Shown one piece after another: positions 59,901 through 64,000 of a stretch of 64,000 nucleotides of DNA; positions within the stretch are counted from its first letter, which is position 1, and every line of letters begins with the position of its first letter. The translations under genes were made by a program, and so were the position numbers. Under the pieces are notes generated by a model. It did not search any database. It was not told the DNA's origin and was given only the letters and a program-made list of their open reading frames with translations. Source of the stretch: Eledone cirrhosa (lineage: Eukaryota); assembly GCA_964016885.1 (NCBI GenBank), contig CAXHJY010001327.1, forward strand, positions 1-64,000, in the 5' to 3' direction.

Positions 59901-62900
59901 AAAATACTATTATAATACTGTGGAACTTTTGTTAACCTAACTTAATAAAATACTGTGGAACCACAGTATTATAATGATATTTTATTAAGTTAAGTTAATC
60001 AAAGTTCCACAGTATTATAATTGTTTCCACTTTTGGCACAAGGCCATCAATTACCCAGTACATTACTGATAAAATAAAGTACAAGTAATGTACTGAGTAT
60101 TTGATGGCCTTGTGCCAAAAGTGGAAACAATTATAATACTGTGGAACTTTGGTTAACCTAACTTAATAAAATACTATTTATAATACTGTGGGACCTTGGT
60201 TAAGCCAACTTAATAAAATACTATTACAATACTGTGGAACTTTGGTTAACTTAACTTAATAAAATACTATTATAATACTGTGGAACTTTGGTTAACCTAA
60301 CTTAATAAAATACTAATATAATACTGTGGAACATTGGTTAACCTAACTTAATAAAATACCATTATAATACTGTGGAACTTTGGTTAACATAACTTAATAA
60401 AATACCATTATAATACTGTGGAACCACAGTATTATAATGATATTTTATTAAGTTAAGTTAATCAAAGTTCCACAGTATTATAATTGTTTCCACTTTTTGC
60501 ACAAGGCCATCAATTACCCAGTACATTACTGATAAAATAAAGTACAAGTAATGTACTGAGTATTTGATGGCCTTGTGCCAAAAGTGGAAACAATTATAAT
60601 ACTGTGGAACTTTGGTTAACCTAACTTAATAAAATACTATTTATAATACTGTGGGACCTTGGTTAAGCTAACTTAATAAAATACTATTACAATACTGTGG
60701 AACTTTGGTTAACTTAACTTAATAAAATACTATTATAATACTGTGGAACTTTGGTTAACCTAACTTAATAAAATACTATTATAATACTGTGGAACATTGG
60801 TTAACCTAACTTAATAAAATACCAATATAATACTGTGGAACCCTGGTTAACCTAACTTAATAAAATATGAATATAATACTGCGGAACTTTGGTTAACCTA
60901 ACTTAATAAAATACTAATATAATACTGCGGAACATTGGTTAACCTAACTTAATAAAATACGAATATAATACTGCGGAACTTTGGTTAACCTAACTTAATA
61001 AAATACTAATATAATACTGCGGACCATTGGTTGATCTAACTTAATAAAATACTATTTATAATACTGTGGGACCTTGGTCAACCTAACTTAATAAAATACT
61101 ATTATAATACTGTGTAACTTTGGTTAACCTAACTTAATAAAATACCAATATAATACTGTGCAACCTTGGTTAGCCTAACTTAATAAAATACTATTATAAT
61201 ACTGTGGAACTTTGGTTAACCTAACTTAATAAAATACCATTATAATACTGTGGAACTTTAGTTAACCTAACTTAATAAAATACCATTATAATACTGTGGA
61301 ACATTGGTTAACCTAACTTAATAGATTACCATTCTAATACTGTGGAAGTTTGGTTAAACAAACTTAATAAAATACTATTTATAATACCATGGAACCTTTT
61401 TGGTTAACCTAACTTAATAGAATACTATTATAATACTGTGGAACTTTGGTTAACCTATTTGGTTAACTTAACTCAAAATTCTAATACAATACTGCGGAAC
61501 CTTGGTTAACCTAACTTAATAAAATACTATTATAATACTGTGGAACCTTGGTTAACCTAACTTAATAAAATACTATTGTAATACTGTGGAACTTTGGTTA
61601 ACTTAACGTAATAAAATACTATTTATAATACCATGGAACCTTTTTGGTTAATCTAACTTAATAAAATACTATAATAATACTGTGGAACTTTGGTTAACCT
61701 AACTTAATAAAATACCATTATAATACTGTGGAACCTTGATTAACCTAACTTAATAGAATACCATTCTAATACTGTGGAACTTTGGTTAATCAAATTAATA
61801 AAATACTATTTATAATACCGTGGAACCTTTTTGGTTAACCTAACTTAATAAAATACTATTATAATACTGTGGAACTTTAGTTAACCTATTTGGTTAACCT
61901 AACTTAATAAAATACTATTATAATAGTGTGGAACCTTGGTTAACCTAACTTAATAAAATACTATTATAATACTGTGGAAGTTTGGTTAACCAAACTTAAT
62001 AAAATAGTATTATAATACTGTGGAACTTTGGTGAACCTATTTGGTTAACCAAACTTAATAAAATACTATTTATAATACTGTGGAACTTTGGTTAACCTCA
62101 CTTAATAAAATAGCAACATAAAACTGTGGAATTTGGTTAACCTAACTTAATAAAATACCAATATAATACTGTGGAACTTTTGTTAACCTAACTTAATAAA
62201 ATACTATTATAATACTGTGGAACTTTTGTTAACCTAACTTAATAAAATACTATTATAATACTGTGGAACTTTTGTTAACCTAACTTAATAAAATACTATT
62301 ATAATACTGTGGAACTTTTGTTAACCTAACTTAATAAAATACTATTATAATACTGTGGAAGTTTGGTTAACCAAACTTAATAAAATACCATTATAATACT
62401 GTGGAACCACAGTATTATAATGGTATTTTATTAAGTTAGGTTAATCAAAGCTCCAGAGTATTATAATTGTTTCCACTTTTGGCACAAGGCCATCAATTAC
62501 CCAGTACATTACTGATAAAATAAAGTACAAGTAATGTACTGAGTATTTGATGGCCTTGTGCCAAAAGTGGAAACAATTATAATACTGTGGAACTCTGGTT
62601 AACCTAACTTAATAAAATACTATTATAATACTGTGGAACTTTGGTTAACCTAACTAAATAAAATACTATTATAATACTGTGGAACTTTGGTTAACCTAAC
62701 TTAATAAAATACCATTATAATACTGTGGCACTTTGGTTAACCTAACTTAATAAAATACTATTATAATACTGTGGAACTTTGGTTAACCTAACTTAATAAA
62801 ATACTATAATAATACTGTGGAACTTTGGTTAACCTAACTTAATAAAATACCATTATAATACTGTGGCACTTTGGTTAATCTAACTTAATAAAATACTATT

Positions 62901-64000
62901 ATAATACTGTGGAACTTTGGTTAACCTAACTTAATAAAATACTATTATAATGCTGTGGAACTTTCGTTAACCTATCTTAATAAAATACCAATATAATACT
63001 GCGGAACATTGGTTAACCTAACTTAATAAAATATTATTATAATACTGTGGAACTTTGGTTAACCTAACTTAATAAAATACTAATATAATACTGCGGAACA
63101 ATGGTTAACCTAACTTAATAAAATACGAATATAATACTGCGGAACTTTGGTTAACCTAACTTAATAAAATATTAATATAATACTGCGGAACATTGGTTAA
63201 CCTAACTTAATAAAATACCAATATAACACTGCGGAACTTTGGTTAACCTAACTTAATAAAATACTAATATAATACTGCGGAACATTGGTTGATGTAACTT
63301 AATAAAATACTATTTATAATACTGTGGGACCTTGTTTAACCTAACTTAATAAAATACTATTATAATACTGTGTAACTTTGGTTAACCTAACTTAATAAAA
63401 TACCAATATAATACTGTGCAACCTTGGTTAACCTAACTTAATAAAATACTATTATAATACTGTGGAACTTTGGTTAACCTAACTTAATAAAATACTATTA
63501 TAATACTGTGGAACTTTGGTTAACCTAACTTAATAAAATATCAATATAATACTGTGGAATGTTGGTTAACCTAACTTAATAAAATACTATTATAATACTG
63601 TGGAACTTTGGTTAACCGAACTTAATAAAATACTATTATAATACTGTGGAACTTTTGTTAACCTAACTTAATAAAATACTATTATAATACTGTGGAACAT
63701 TGGTTAACCTAACTTAATAAAATACTATTATAATACTGTGGAAGTTTGGTTAACCAAACTTCATAAAATACCATTATAATACTGTGAAACCACAGTATTA
63801 TAATGGTATTTTATTAAGTTAGGTTAATGAAAGTTCCACAGTATTATAATTGTTTCCACTTTTGGCACAAGGCCATCAATTACCCAGTACATTACTGATA
63901 AAATAAAGTACAAGTAATGTACTGAGTATTTGATGGCCTTGTGCCAAAAGTGGAAACAATTATAATACTGTGGAACTTTGGTTAACCTAACTTAATAAAA
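50945..64000. repeat. 46-bp satellite array (>13 kb, runs off the window) with higher-order structure
   Basis: ataatactgtggaactttggttaacctaacttaataaaatactatt; period 46 (50961 to 51007). Confidence 0.98.
51978..52162 (-). mobile_element. tRNA-headed Deu/Nin-domain SINE inserted in the satellite with a 17-bp target-site duplication
   Basis: Head gggcggtggattggcagtatcggtagag, B-box-like gagtttaaatccc, ctttgcctttcatcct..gtcgataaaataaagtacc; taaaatactattataat at 51961-51977 and 52163-52179. Confidence 0.8.

Noticed and set aside
50945-64000. Telomeric (TTAGG/CCTAA) array
   Set aside because: There is only one aacctaac per 46-bp monomer, not tandem telomeric repeats

Overview
This is AT-rich eukaryotic (metazoan) DNA. 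The repeat content (RTE and CR1-type LINEs, tRNA-SINEs, Naiad-type Penelope-like elements and very long (TA)n tracts) resembles cephalopod/mollusc genomes, but that assignment is inference. From 1 to about 43 kb the window is a dense nest of retroelements, almost all bounded by (TA)n. It contains one intact RTE LINE ORF (APE-RT-PHD) preceded by a ~510-bp tandem array, one apparently intact Penelope-like (Naiad-type) RT+GIY-YIG element with hammerhead-ribozyme terminal repeats, and two near-identical 5'-truncated CR1-type LINEs. There are also many RTE and PLE fragments, SINEs that share the RTE 3' tail, and several non-coding hammerhead-bearing mini-elements. From 44.6 to 64 kb there are four tandem arrays (39, 32, 25 and 46 bp monomers). 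The 46-bp satellite carries a SINE insertion, nine ~230-bp SINE/satellite palindromes and kb-scale higher-order duplications. Two small phase-compatible minus-strand exons suggest the region is intronic to an unidentified host gene. The Y/I-rich ORFs in the track are microsatellite artefacts.
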